A stretch of 64,000 nucleotides of DNA from Deferrisomatales bacterium. GTDB lineage: Bacteria; Desulfobacterota; Deferrisomatia; Deferrisomatales; JACRMM01. Shown one piece after another: positions 32,284 through 41,694 of the stretch; the stretch's first letter is position 1; every line of letters starts with the position of its first letter. A program made the position numbers and the translations under genes. The notes beneath the pieces were generated by a model. That model saw nothing but the letters and a program-made list of their open reading frames with translations. It did no database searches and had not been told where the DNA came from. The DNA is taken from NCBI GenBank assembly GCA_033551855.1, contig JAWSUI010000001.1, forward strand, positions 96,001 to 160,000, written 5' to 3'.

Positions 32284-33516
32284 CTACCCGCCCAGTTGCT
32301 CGACGAACGCCTCCAGGTTGGTGCGGGCCTGCTCCTCGGAAAAACACCGCAGGTCGTTCAGGTCGCCATAGAGGACGACGTAGGGAGTCCCCGTGCGTTC
32401 CTTGAGCCGCTGGGGCAGCCCATACCGGGTGTTTGAGTTGCAGGGGCAGGTCTTTGCATCGTGGTACACGATGCCGTCCACCGCGAAGTCCCGGGCCAGG
32501 CGGGCGACGACGTCCTCCTTGACCGCGTCCGAGCGCACGATGAAGAGCTCCAGGTACGCCCGGGCCATGGCCTCGAAGGGATCCCCCTCCCTGCCCCCCT
32601 CGAAGGCCTCGAAGATCCAGGAGTTGCAGTAGGTGGACACGACGACCGCCGTGCGGAGCTCCTGAAAGAACCCGGCGAGCTCCCGGAGCTTGCCCCACAC
32701 GGGCATTCCGTCCCAGTAGATCCGGTGGCGCTCCCCCTCCACGCCGCCTACTCCCTGCGCAGCGCGCTCCTCGAGCTCGGCCAGCAGCTCGCGGTAGAAG
32801 GCCACGGGACCGGGTGTGCCCCGCAGGACCACCGCCGGCCCCATGAGGATGGTGGCGTCGAAGAAGGTCAAGGGGCTCGGCCGGTGGCGGCCGCTGAAAA
32901 GGCAGGCCTTCCAGAGCCGCGAGGTATCCGCCGAGAGGGCCAGGACCTCCCGGAAGCGGTCGATGTCAAACGTGTGGCCTGCGATCTGCTCCAGGGGGGG
33001 GACGAGGGCCTGGTACTGCGCCACCATGCCGTCCACCAGGGGCCGGGTCAGCTCCCCGACCTTGGTGGGAGAGTTGACCCCCACCAAGGGCACACCGAAC
33101 TCCCGGGAGTAGAAGGAGAACCAGTCCTGCACGTCGCGGCACTGGTTGGTGTTGTACACGAGCACGTCGGGCCGGGGGACGCCCTCCAGGCCATACGCCT
33201 TCTTCAGGGGGGTGTCCTTTGCCAGGTACGCCCCGATGTCACTGGTCAGATAGCTGCAGATGTCGGGGCTGTACCCGATGGCGTTGGCCAGGGGGATGAA
33301 GTCGTTGGCCCGGCGGCTCGCCCCCAACAGGGCCCCGTGGTTCTCCGGGTAGTAGACCGTGTACCCCAGGCTGAGGAGCAGCTCGGCGGGCCCCACGCTG
33401 GTGCACCAGGCGACCTTTCGTCCCGGGTCCCGGGCGGCCTCGGCGACCTCCCGGAAGTGGCCGGCCATGAGCTCTTTCATCTGTTTTTGCGCCCGGAAGG
33501 GCTTGAACTCTTTCAT
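32284..33516 (-). CDS. 2-hydroxyacyl-CoA dehydratase subunit (HgdA/B/D family)
   Basis: YPENHGA, DICSY, TNQC, KTCPC, RLEAF-like terminus NLEAFVE. Confidence 0.87.
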   Translation of the reverse strand: MKEFKPFRAQKQMKELMAGHFREVAEAARDPGRKVAWCTSVGPAELLLSLGYTVYYPENHGALLGASRRANDFIPLANAIGYSPDICSYLTSDIGAYLAKDTPLKKAYGLEGVPRPDVLVYNTNQCRDVQDWFSFYSREFGVPLVGVNSPTKVGELTRPLVDGMVAQYQALVPPLEQIAGHTFDIDRFREVLALSADTSRLWKACLFSGRHRPSPLTFFDATILMGPAVVLRGTPGPVAFYRELLAELEERAAQGVGGVEGERHRIYWDGMPVWGKLRELAGFFQELRTAVVVSTYCNSWIFEAFEGGREGDPFEAMARAYLELFIVRSDAVKEDVVARLARDFAVDGIVYHDAKTCPCNSNTRYGLPQRLKERTGTPYVVLYGDLNDLRCFSEEQARTNLEAFVEQLGG

Positions 33517-33518
33517 GG

Positions 33519-33625
33519 GGTTGTCCGTTGTCTGTTGTCCGTCGAAGTTTGTCCGACGTCCATTGGCCGCTGGAGGCAAGACGCGCCCCCGGCTCTCCAG
33601 CGGACCGCGGACGATGGACCACGAG
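33519..33625. repeat. Inverted heptamer arrays (empty site)
   Basis: GTTGTCCGTTGTCTGTTGTCCGTC ... GCGGACCGCGGACGATGGACCACG. Confidence 0.7.
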
Positions 33626-33631
33626 CCGTTT

Positions 33632-35665
33632 CTAGGCTCCCTTGAACTCCGGTCGCGACACGCCCACGCTCTTGAGGCCGGTCAGGGCGTCGGCGGTGCG
33701 GAAGATCTCCTCCAGGCGGCTGAGCTCGAGCTCGAGGCCGGCGGGAAGGTCCACGGTCATCCCCTCGTCGAGAATCTCGTTCGCGGCGCACACGGCCAGG
33801 GGGGCCTTCCGGGGAATGGCCTTGGCCGCCGCCTGGACCCGGGGGTCGCCGCTGGGAGCCCTTCCGCCCAGGACCTCGCCGATGTGCTGGTCGGAGAAGG
33901 CCTCAACTACCGCCTCCCACCCTGCCGGCACCGGCTTCTTCGCGTACTTGTCGGCGACGGCGCCCTTCGCGGCGAGGTTGCGAATGAAGGCGTCCGCCTC
34001 CGCGGAGGGCACGTAGTAGGCCGCCAGCCCGATCTCGTGGGCGGTCTTTCCGTCCAGGGGTGCGCCGGTGAAGACCAGGTACTTGCCGAGCTCCTTGCCC
34101 ACGATACGGGCGGTGCGCTGGGTGCCGCCCAAGCCGGGGAAGATTCCGATGCTCGTCTCCGGGAAGCCGAAGCCCGCCTTCTCGGTGGCGACGATGGCTT
34201 GGCACGCCAGGGCGAGCTCGGTGCCGCCGCCCAGGGAGAGGCCGTCCACCTTGGCGATCACGGGTTTCAGCGAGGTCTCGAGCTTGCGCAGCACGCGCTG
34301 GCCCCGGCGCGCGAACTCGCCGATCTTCGGAACCCGGCCCGCCTCGATGTTGTCGATGAAGAACTTGATGTCGGCTCCGGCAACGAAGGCCTTGCCCGCA
34401 CCCTCGATCACGATGGCCTTCACGTCCGCCCGCGCGGAGGCGTCGTCGAAGGCTGCCTCGAGCTGCTCCACCACGGCTTCGTTGAGGGCGTTCAGGGCCT
34501 CGGGACGGTTGATGCGGAGGGTGGCGATGCCGTCCTTCACGGCGAGTTGGACGACCTGGATGGGCCAGGGGGAGCCCGAGGCCTTTCGCGCGGAGAGGCT
34601 CTTGGCCAGGGGGTGGCCGAACTCGGCGCAGAAGGTCTCGGCCAGGGCGACGGCCTTGGCCGTGCCCACCTTGTTCATGAGCTCAAAGGGCCCCAGAGCC
34701 CAAAGAAGACCGATCTTGGCGCCCTGATCGACGTCCTCCAGGCTCGCGACCTCCTCGTCCAGGAGCTCGCCCGCCACCTGAAAGACGACCCCCATGAGGC
34801 GGTCGGCGACTTGCTGGAACTTCGCGTCGTCCGCGGTGCCCGCCAGATTCCAGGGCTCGTTCTTCTCTGCCTGGGCCTTGAGGAGCGCCACCGGCGGGTA
34901 GTAGCCCCCGAGCTCCCGACCCAGGGTGGCCTCCGCGTGGTACGCGATGGGCACGCCGGTCACGTTCATGAGCTCGAAGGGCCCCATCCCGATGCGGAAG
35001 GCTTTCTTGGCCGCCGCCTCGATGGTGGGGATGTCGGCGACCCCCTTCTCCAGGAGACGGACCGCCTCGTTGAGCCACGGGACGAAGAAGCGGTTCACCA
35101 CGAACCCCGGACGGTCCTTGCACAGGATCGGCACCTTCCCCATACGCTTGGCGAGCTCGAGGCTGGCGTCGACCGCGGCCGCACTCGTCTTGGCCCCGGG
35201 GATCACCTCGACGAGGCGGTTCTTGGCCGGGTGGTAGAAGAAGTGGAGCCCGACCACGCGCTCGGGGCGCTTTGCGGCCTCGGCGAGGTGGGTCACGTAA
35301 AAGCTCGACGTGTTGGTGGCGAGCACGGTCTCGGGCCCGCACAGGTCGCCGAGCCCCGCGAAGAGCTCCTTCTTCACCGTCTCGTCCTCGAACACGGCCT
35401 CGATCACGTAGTCGCAGTCGGCAAGCTCCTTGAGATCTGTGGTGTCGTAGATGCGGGCCAAGATCTCCTCGACCTGCTCGGGCTTGAAGATCTTTCGCTC
35501 GACGGCCTCGCCGAGAAGGGTGCGGATGCGGGAGCGTCCCCGGGCCACGAACTCGCTCGTGAGGTCCTGCATCACGACGGCGAACCCCTCCTGGGCGAGC
35601 TTCTGGACGATACCGCTTCCCATGTTGCCTGCGCCGACTACCCCGATCTTCTTAAGCTTGGCCAT
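33632..35665 (-). CDS. 3-hydroxyacyl-CoA dehydrogenase/enoyl-CoA hydratase fusion
   Basis: N-terminal GAGNMG, ATNTSS, HFFYH; C-terminal NRPEALNAL, AFVAGADI, GGGTE, PETSIG. Confidence 0.92.
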   Translation of the reverse strand: MAKLKKIGVVGAGNMGSGIVQKLAQEGFAVVMQDLTSEFVARGRSRIRTLLGEAVERKIFKPEQVEEILARIYDTTDLKELADCDYVIEAVFEDETVKKELFAGLGDLCGPETVLATNTSSFYVTHLAEAAKRPERVVGLHFFYHPAKNRLVEVIPGAKTSAAAVDASLELAKRMGKVPILCKDRPGFVVNRFFVPWLNEAVRLLEKGVADIPTIEAAAKKAFRIGMGPFELMNVTGVPIAYHAEATLGRELGGYYPPVALLKAQAEKNEPWNLAGTADDAKFQQVADRLMGVVFQVAGELLDEEVASLEDVDQGAKIGLLWALGPFELMNKVGTAKAVALAETFCAEFGHPLAKSLSARKASGSPWPIQVVQLAVKDGIATLRINRPEALNALNEAVVEQLEAAFDDASARADVKAIVIEGAGKAFVAGADIKFFIDNIEAGRVPKIGEFARRGQRVLRKLETSLKPVIAKVDGLSLGGGTELALACQAIVATEKAGFGFPETSIGIFPGLGGTQRTARIVGKELGKYLVFTGAPLDGKTAHEIGLAAYYVPSAEADAFIRNLAAKGAVADKYAKKPVPAGWEAVVEAFSDQHIGEVLGGRAPSGDPRVQAAAKAIPRKAPLAVCAANEILDEGMTVDLPAGLELELSRLEEIFRTADALTGLKSVGVSRPEFKGA

Positions 35666-35853
35666 GGCTTCCCTCTCCTCTGCGCCAGGGGCGCGATCGC
35701 TGAAAACAAACCGGATCCCGGTAAAGCTTCACCGTCTGTAGCTCTGCGGAGGCTCGCCGGGCGAGCCTGGTACCTGGCGCAACGTGCGCCGGAAAGCAGT
35801 ATACAAGATGCGTACCTGTCCGGAGAAACGGCGAGGGGCGGGATGCCCGGGTC

Positions 35854-36768
35854 TCAGGGCGCGAGCGGGCCCGCTCCGGGCGGGGAGAAGCGGGAGACCT
35901 CCGGGGGGAGCGGGAAGCTCCTCCCCCCGAGCCCCCGGCAGGCGAGGCTCGCGACGGTCACCGCGAGACGGAGGGCCCCCTCGCGGCGCAGCCCGCGGAC
36001 CAGGGCCAGCGCCAGGGCCCCGTGGAAGACGTCCCCGGCGCCGGTGCTGTCCCGGACGGTCACCCGCAGGGAGGGGAACCGCAGGATCTTGCCGTCGAGC
36101 AAGGCGATGGCCCCCTGATCCCCCAGCGTTGCGCAGCACCACCCCCGGGCCCGGCCCGCCACGGCCTCCAGGGCTGCCTCCGGGGGGGCCCCGGGGACCG
36201 CCTGCTCCAGAAAGCTCCGACTGACCGCGAGGACGTCGGCGCGGCCCCAGGTCTCCACCCATCGCTCTCCCGCCCGCTCGGCGTCGGCCACGGTGAGGAT
36301 GCCGCGGTCCCGGCAGAAGGGCTCCAGCTCCGGGAGGAGATGCTCCCCCTGGCGGTCCACCAGCACCGCCCGCGCCCCTTCTGCGGCGGGCCGGACCTCC
36401 TCCCAGGCGAGTCTCTCGGGGGCAGAGGGCTCGTAGGCGATGGTCCGGGTGCCCCGGGCCCGGGAGACGAGGCACCAGGCCGTGGGCGTCCGGCCCCGGG
36501 GCGCGGGCATCCCGGAGAGATCCACCCGGAAGGCCGCCATCCGCTCCCGGGCGAAGCGGCCCGCCTCGTCGTCCCCCAGCACCCCCACGAACCCCGCCCG
36601 CCCTCCCAGGTGGGCCGCAAGGCACGCCGCGGTCGATGCCTGCCCTCCCCCCTCCCGCAGCCGGGCCAGCACCGGGACCTTGGCGTCCTCCGCCGGGTAG
36701 GCCTCCACCTCCAGGAGCTCGTCCACGCAGGCCCGGCCGACGCAGAGGAGGTCGAGGTCGCGGATCAC
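35854..36768 (-). CDS. PfkB family carbohydrate kinase
   Basis: GGQASTAA, DSTGAGDVF. Confidence 0.9.
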   Translation of the reverse strand: MIRDLDLLCVGRACVDELLEVEAYPAEDAKVPVLARLREGGGQASTAACLAAHLGGRAGFVGVLGDDEAGRFARERMAAFRVDLSGMPAPRGRTPTAWCLVSRARGTRTIAYEPSAPERLAWEEVRPAAEGARAVLVDRQGEHLLPELEPFCRDRGILTVADAERAGERWVETWGRADVLAVSRSFLEQAVPGAPPEAALEAVAGRARGWCCATLGDQGAIALLDGKILRFPSLRVTVRDSTGAGDVFHGALALALVRGLRREGALRLAVTVASLACRGLGGRSFPLPPEVSRFSPPGAGPLAP

Positions 36769-36834
36769 AGGCGACCGACCGGGGCCGGCTCCCCGCGCAT
36801 CATCCGTGCTCCTCCCCGCCGAGGAGCGCGATCG

Positions 36835-37318
36835 TCACGGATCGACCCCGGCCCGTGCGGACTGCGCCAGGGCAGGCTCGACCTCTTCCAGCCACTCCCG
36901 CGCCAGGGCCTCGAGGGCGCGGTCGCGGTAGGCGAACCAGGCTTCCCTCTGTTCGGGCTAGGCGGCCAGGGCGTCCTTGAACCGGCGGAAGGGTTTGGTG
37001 CCGCGAAGGGCCGCCTCCAACAGCTGCCGGACCAGGGGTTCGATCACCGAGGCAGCGAACTCGGCCATGAGGCGGTAGCCCTCGGAGGACGGCCGGGGCT
37101 CGATCAGGAGGTACCGGTCGCTGCCCTCCTCCAGGGCCTCGGCGAGCGCCTCGTCTTCCTCCCGGATGCCTTCGGTGACCGGGAAGACCTCGCCGGTCTT
37201 CCCGGTCGAGGAACCACTCCAGTCCCGGGTCGTTGCTTTCCAGTGCCATGGCGAGCTGGGCGAGGTCGACGGGCAGTCGATGCAAGGGGCTCTCTCCCGA
37301 TGTTGCGGGGGGCGTCAC
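36835..37318 (-). pseudogene. UPF0158 family protein, frameshifted
   Basis: WFLDR|KTGEV frameshift near 37201; EGYRLMAEF...KPFRRFKDAL; in-frame TAG at 36958-36960. Confidence 0.75.
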
Positions 37319-39369
37319 TTCCAGGAGGCGTATTCCCGAATCTCCGAGAAGGCGACCACCTTGTTTCTTCCGGTGTGCCTGGCCGCGTACAGGGCCTTGT
37401 CGACCCGGGCGACGAGGTCCTCCGGGCCCTCCGACTCCCCCTCCAGCGTCGCGGCGCCGAGGCTGACCCGCAGGGCCAGAGGTCTTTCACCCCAAGACAC
37501 AGTCAGCGCCTGCACGCCGGCCCGCACCCGCTCCGCCAGAGCCAGGGCGCCGTCCTCGGGCGTGTTCGGGAGCAGCACCGCGAGCTCCTCGCCGTTGTAC
37601 CGGGCGGCGAGGTCGGTCGCCCGGGCGACCGCTGCGAGGGTGCGGGCGACGGCCTGGAGCACGGCGTCACCCGCGAGGTGTCCGTGCAGGTCGGTGATCT
37701 TCTTGAGTTGGTCGACGCCGAGGAGAAGCACGGACAGGGCCTGCCCGCACCGGCGGCTCCTCTGCACCTCTGCGGCGAGCCGTTCGGAGAACACCCGGCG
37801 GTTGGCGAGGCCCGTCAGCTCGTCCCTGGCCGCTAGATTCCCCAGCTCCTCGTGGGCGCGGAGGAGACAGATCCCCTGGGCGCCGTGCTGGGACAGGACC
37901 TCGCAGAACTGTACCGCGGCGGGGTCGAAGGCCTTCGGGGGAACGCTCGCCGCACATAGGATGCCGATGGGCTCGGCGCTCGCTCGCAGGGGCTGGAGGA
38001 TCAGGCTGCCGAAATCCGGCGCCGGCAGCTCGTGGCTGAAAAGGGGTCGACGGGCCCCTTCCCGAGGGGTGTCGTACTGCAGGTACTGACCACTCTCCAA
38101 GACCCAACCCGCGAGCCCGTCCGCGGGCGAGAAGGCCACGCCCTCCCACTCGGCCCAGCGGGGGTCGCCGACCGCATCGAAACGAAGGCGCCCTTCGCCG
38201 TCCAGCAGGGCCACCGCGCAGAAATCCGGCTTGATGCGGGCCTGGAGCGCCGCGAGGGAGATGCTGAGCACCTCCGGGACCGAGCGGCACGTGACCAGGC
38301 TCTTGGAAAAGTCGTGCAGGTGCTGGAAGTCCAGGGAGCGGCGCTTCCAGTGCTCCAACTCGCGCAGCTGGGTGAGGATCGTCCCGACCTGGTGGGCCGC
38401 GACCTTGAGGACGGTGCTGTGTGCTTCGGAGAACGCGTTCTCCTGGAGTTGGTCCACCGCCAGCACTCCCTGCACCTGGTCGCCCTCGACGATCGGCACG
38501 CCGAGGAAGCTCTTCACGGCCACCCCGGGGCCGTAGTAGCCGAGGCGGGCCCGGGCATCGCGGAGGGCCCCAACGGACAGTGGCTTTCGGTTCTCCAGCA
38601 CCCATTGGAAGGCCGTGCCCTCGAGGTTGAACACCCGGTCCTCGCGGATGTCGTGGCTGTCGGATACCAGCTCCCGCAGAAAGAGGCCCCCGCGGGGAGT
38701 CGTCACCACGAGGGCGGCCCCGTGGGCGCCGGTGTGCTCCTTCACTTCCTGGAGGTAGTCGTAGAGCAGGTCGTCGAGACGGGACAGGTCGCGGCGCGGG
38801 CCTTCCGGTGCGGACGGCGATCCCTCCAAGTGCTCCTGGTCGAGGCGGAGCTTGTCCAGGGCCAGCTGGAGGCGCCGGCGGTGGCGTTTCTCGAGCAGGG
38901 AGGCCACCCCGGCCGCCGCGGCCACCAGCTCCAGATGGATCAGGGGCGCCAGTGTGTCGCGCCAGAGGGGAAACGCCGCCAGCGGCAGGACGAGCACGGC
39001 GGGAAGGGGTACGGTGGAGGCGAGGGCGATGAGAAGAATGGCGTGGGCGGCGAGGGACCACGCGGGAGGGGCCCCGGCCACCACCAAGGCGGTGGACAAG
39101 GCCAGCGCCGCGAGAAGCCCGACCTCGGCCCTCTCCAGGTCGGGGGACCGGGAGCGGACCACCAAGGCGTGGATGCGCCACAGGAAGTAGGCGATGAAGG
39201 CGACCAGGAGAACCAGGGCGGATGGGTGGAGTCCCTGCTCGGGGTCGAACAGTCCGGCCAGGAGAGCCGCGCCGTGAGCCGCCGGGGCCAGCGCCCGGAG
39301 GGCCAAGGCCACAGCCGCGGTTCCCGCCGGGGGGCGGGCTTGGTGTCGGGGTTCAGCGCTGGGGGGCAT
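37315..39369 (-). CDS. Membrane GAF-GAF protein with degenerate GGDEF domain
   Basis: TM segments, two GAF-like regions, DELTGLANRR, active site RYNGEEL, RxxD (RATD). Confidence 0.85.
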   Translation of the reverse strand: MPPSAEPRHQARPPAGTAAVALALRALAPAAHGAALLAGLFDPEQGLHPSALVLLVAFIAYFLWRIHALVVRSRSPDLERAEVGLLAALALSTALVVAGAPPAWSLAAHAILLIALASTVPLPAVLVLPLAAFPLWRDTLAPLIHLELVAAAAGVASLLEKRHRRRLQLALDKLRLDQEHLEGSPSAPEGPRRDLSRLDDLLYDYLQEVKEHTGAHGAALVVTTPRGGLFLRELVSDSHDIREDRVFNLEGTAFQWVLENRKPLSVGALRDARARLGYYGPGVAVKSFLGVPIVEGDQVQGVLAVDQLQENAFSEAHSTVLKVAAHQVGTILTQLRELEHWKRRSLDFQHLHDFSKSLVTCRSVPEVLSISLAALQARIKPDFCAVALLDGEGRLRFDAVGDPRWAEWEGVAFSPADGLAGWVLESGQYLQYDTPREGARRPLFSHELPAPDFGSLILQPLRASAEPIGILCAASVPPKAFDPAAVQFCEVLSQHGAQGICLLRAHEELGNLAARDELTGLANRRVFSERLAAEVQRSRRCGQALSVLLLGVDQLKKITDLHGHLAGDAVLQAVARTLAAVARATDLAARYNGEELAVLLPNTPEDGALALAERVRAGVQALTVSWGERPLALRVSLGAATLEGESEGPEDLVARVDKALYAARHTGRNKVVAFSEIREYASWK

Positions 39370-39652
39370 GGCGCTCGGGCAGCAGGAAGACGGTCTCCCC
39401 TTCCCGGATCATCCCCAGGTCCCGGCGGGCTCGCCTCTCGATGGCCCTCGGGTCTTCCCGGAGCCTGGCGATGTCTCGCTCCAGGGCGGCGCGCCGATCC
39501 CGGAGATCAGCGATCTCCTCCGACAGGGCCGCCCGTTCCTGCCGCAGCCGGCGCAGCTCGCGCGATCCCTGGTCCCCGAGAAGCGCAACGGCCAGAAAAG
39601 CCAGGGCCGCCACGAGGGCGGTGCCCAGGGCGATTCGCTCTCGAACGCTCAC
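39353..39652 (-). CDS. ftsB: Septum formation initiator FtsB/DivIC
   Basis: TM segment, coiled coil, IERRARRDLGMIREGE. Confidence 0.85.
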   Translation of the reverse strand: MSVRERIALGTALVAALAFLAVALLGDQGSRELRRLRQERAALSEEIADLRDRRAALERDIARLREDPRAIERRARRDLGMIREGETVFLLPERHAPQR

Positions 39653-39674
39653 GGGAGGTCCGCTGCCGTCCCGC

Positions 39675-40460
39675 CTATTCCAAGCGGAACCGGACCCGGA
39701 TGGTTCCCCACTGCTCCCTCTCCTCTCCCGGCGGCAAGGCGTTGAACCGGAAGGCCTTGATGTACTCCAGGGCCGCGTGGTCGAGCTCCGGGTCTCCCCG
39801 CTCGGTGGGGTAGGCCCTGCCGACGTCGCCCTCGGGGGACACGTAGAAACGGATCGCGACGGAGGCCGGATGGCGGATGGGGACCTGGGGCGGGGGAGGT
39901 TCCCTGACCACGCGGCGATCGAGACCGACCGGGCCTTCGATCTCCAGTCGGCGCATGGCCTCCCGGGCGGCCGCGTCCAGGTCTTCTCCCGGGGCCGTGA
40001 CCCCGCGGAGCAGTGCCTGTGCCACGTCCGTGGCTGCCGGGGGCTCGGGTGCCGGAGACCGCGCCGGGAGCAGGCCCGGGCGCTCCGGGAGGGGCTCGAC
40101 CCGATCCGACCAGAACCGGCGCTGCCCCACCGTGTCCGGCTCCGGTAGCTCGGCGCGGCGGGTTGGAAGGCGCAGCGGGGGGAGCGGGAGCGGAGGGTCC
40201 CCGGCGGTCACCTGGGGCCCGAGCAGGTCCGGGGCCAGGGCCTCCAGGGCCTCGCGGGTGACAGCGGGGGGTGCGGGGCGTGCTGCTGCCGGGGGAGAAA
40301 GCGGCAGCGGGGGCGGAAGGGGTCGGTGCAGCTCCACTTCGACGAGGCGCTCCTCCCCCACCAGCAGGCGGACCCGCGCGGGCGGCACGAAGAGCACGAC
40401 CGCCAGGTGGAGGATGAGGCTGGTGCCCAGGGCGAGAGCCAGGGCGACTCGGGCGGACAT
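39675..40460 (-). CDS. TonB family energy transducer
   Basis: SxxxH TM motif (SLILH), Pro-rich linker, TonB C-terminal domain. Confidence 0.85.
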   Translation of the reverse strand: MSARVALALALGTSLILHLAVVLFVPPARVRLLVGEERLVEVELHRPLPPPLPLSPPAAARPAPPAVTREALEALAPDLLGPQVTAGDPPLPLPPLRLPTRRAELPEPDTVGQRRFWSDRVEPLPERPGLLPARSPAPEPPAATDVAQALLRGVTAPGEDLDAAAREAMRRLEIEGPVGLDRRVVREPPPPQVPIRHPASVAIRFYVSPEGDVGRAYPTERGDPELDHAALEYIKAFRFNALPPGEEREQWGTIRVRFRLE

Positions 40461-40466
40461 GGCACC

Positions 40467-40871
40467 TCACCGGTGGGGCCGCGTCGCGATAGCCAGGCGG
40501 CTCAGCCCGGAAATCTTCGCCCGGTCCATGACGTCCACCACGAACTTGTGGGGAGTCTCCTCGTCCGCCTCGATCACCACCAGGGTGTCCCGGTCGGCGC
40601 GGGCGGTGTCGCGCAGAAGCGCGTCGAGATCCTCGGCGCTCGCCCGCTGGTCTCCCAATAAGAGCGAACCCGCCGGGTCCACCTTGACGCGGAGCTCCTG
40701 GCGCTCGCTGCGGACGGGCTCGGCCTTCGCCTGGGGCAGGTTGATGCGGATCCCCGGGGAGACGACGAAGGTGGTGGAGAGCATGAAGAAGATCAGGAGC
40801 AGGAAGACGCAGTCGATCAAGGGCGTGAGGTCCGGGGTCACCTGTTCCCGTCGGGGCTTGCGGAACCTCAT
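40467..40871 (-). CDS. exbD: ExbD/TolR family protein
   Basis: DLTPLIDCVFLLLIFFM, IEADEETPH. Confidence 0.9.
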   Translation of the reverse strand: MRFRKPRREQVTPDLTPLIDCVFLLLIFFMLSTTFVVSPGIRINLPQAKAEPVRSERQELRVKVDPAGSLLLGDQRASAEDLDALLRDTARADRDTLVVIEADEETPHKFVVDVMDRAKISGLSRLAIATRPHR

Positions 40872-41512
40872 GCGTCCGCCTCGGCGCGGCTCGGGACGCG
40901 GGACCGCAGGTCGGCGTTCTTCACGAGATCCACGAAGTGCAGCGCGTACTGCTCCAGGCCCAAGATGATGCGATCCAGCTTGCCAAGGAAGTACCGGTAG
41001 GCGACGAAGGTGGGGATCGCCACGGTCAGGCCGGCGGCGGTGGTGATGAGCGCTTCGCTGATGCCCCCGGCCAGGCTGGCGGGATTCCCCACGCCCTGGA
41101 CGCTGATCACGGTGAACGCCTTGATCATTCCGGAAACCGTGCCCAGCAGCCCCAGCAGCGGCGCCACGTTGGCAACGGTCCCCAGGATGCCCACGTAGCG
41201 CTCCAGGTGGGCGGCCTCTCGGCGACCCACCTCCTCCACGGCCTCCTTGACCGCATCGCGGCCTTGGCCGGCGTGCCGGAGGGCGGCCTGGATGACGGCC
41301 CCCATGGGGCTGGGGCTTCTTCGGCACACGGCCATGGCCTCTTCGAGGAGCCCCCGCCGAATCAGCTCTTCCGCGCGCCGCGCCAACTCCTTGGGAAGGT
41401 TGCGACTGCCGCGCAGCGTCCAGGCCCGCTCGAGGAACACGGCGACGGCGATGATGGAGCACCCGACGATGGGGATCATGAGGACTCCCCCTTTGAGCAC
41501 GTATTCGTACAT
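40868..41512 (-). CDS. exbB: MotA/TolQ/ExbB proton channel
   Basis: APLLGLLGTVSGMI, GISEALITTAAGL. Confidence 0.9.
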   Translation of the reverse strand: MYEYVLKGGVLMIPIVGCSIIAVAVFLERAWTLRGSRNLPKELARRAEELIRRGLLEEAMAVCRRSPSPMGAVIQAALRHAGQGRDAVKEAVEEVGRREAAHLERYVGILGTVANVAPLLGLLGTVSGMIKAFTVISVQGVGNPASLAGGISEALITTAAGLTVAIPTFVAYRYFLGKLDRIILGLEQYALHFVDLVKNADLRSRVPSRAEADA

Positions 41513-41694
41513 GGATTCCTCTCAGAGCCTGTGACCCAATGTGCTGCGCGACCGGATTGCTTCGTTGCGCACGCGTGCACTCCTAAGCCGATCTGTTTGA
41601 GCGCTCTCGTCGGTCGCTCCAGCGCGCGGTGCACGCCGGTCTGCTCACGACGATTCCGTCACCGGCGCCTCGCGCGGGAGCACGGAGGAAGCGT

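Noticed and set aside
30713..33625. CRISPR array
   Set aside because: The repeats are 7-nt tandem units without unique spacers, and no cas genes are present in the window.
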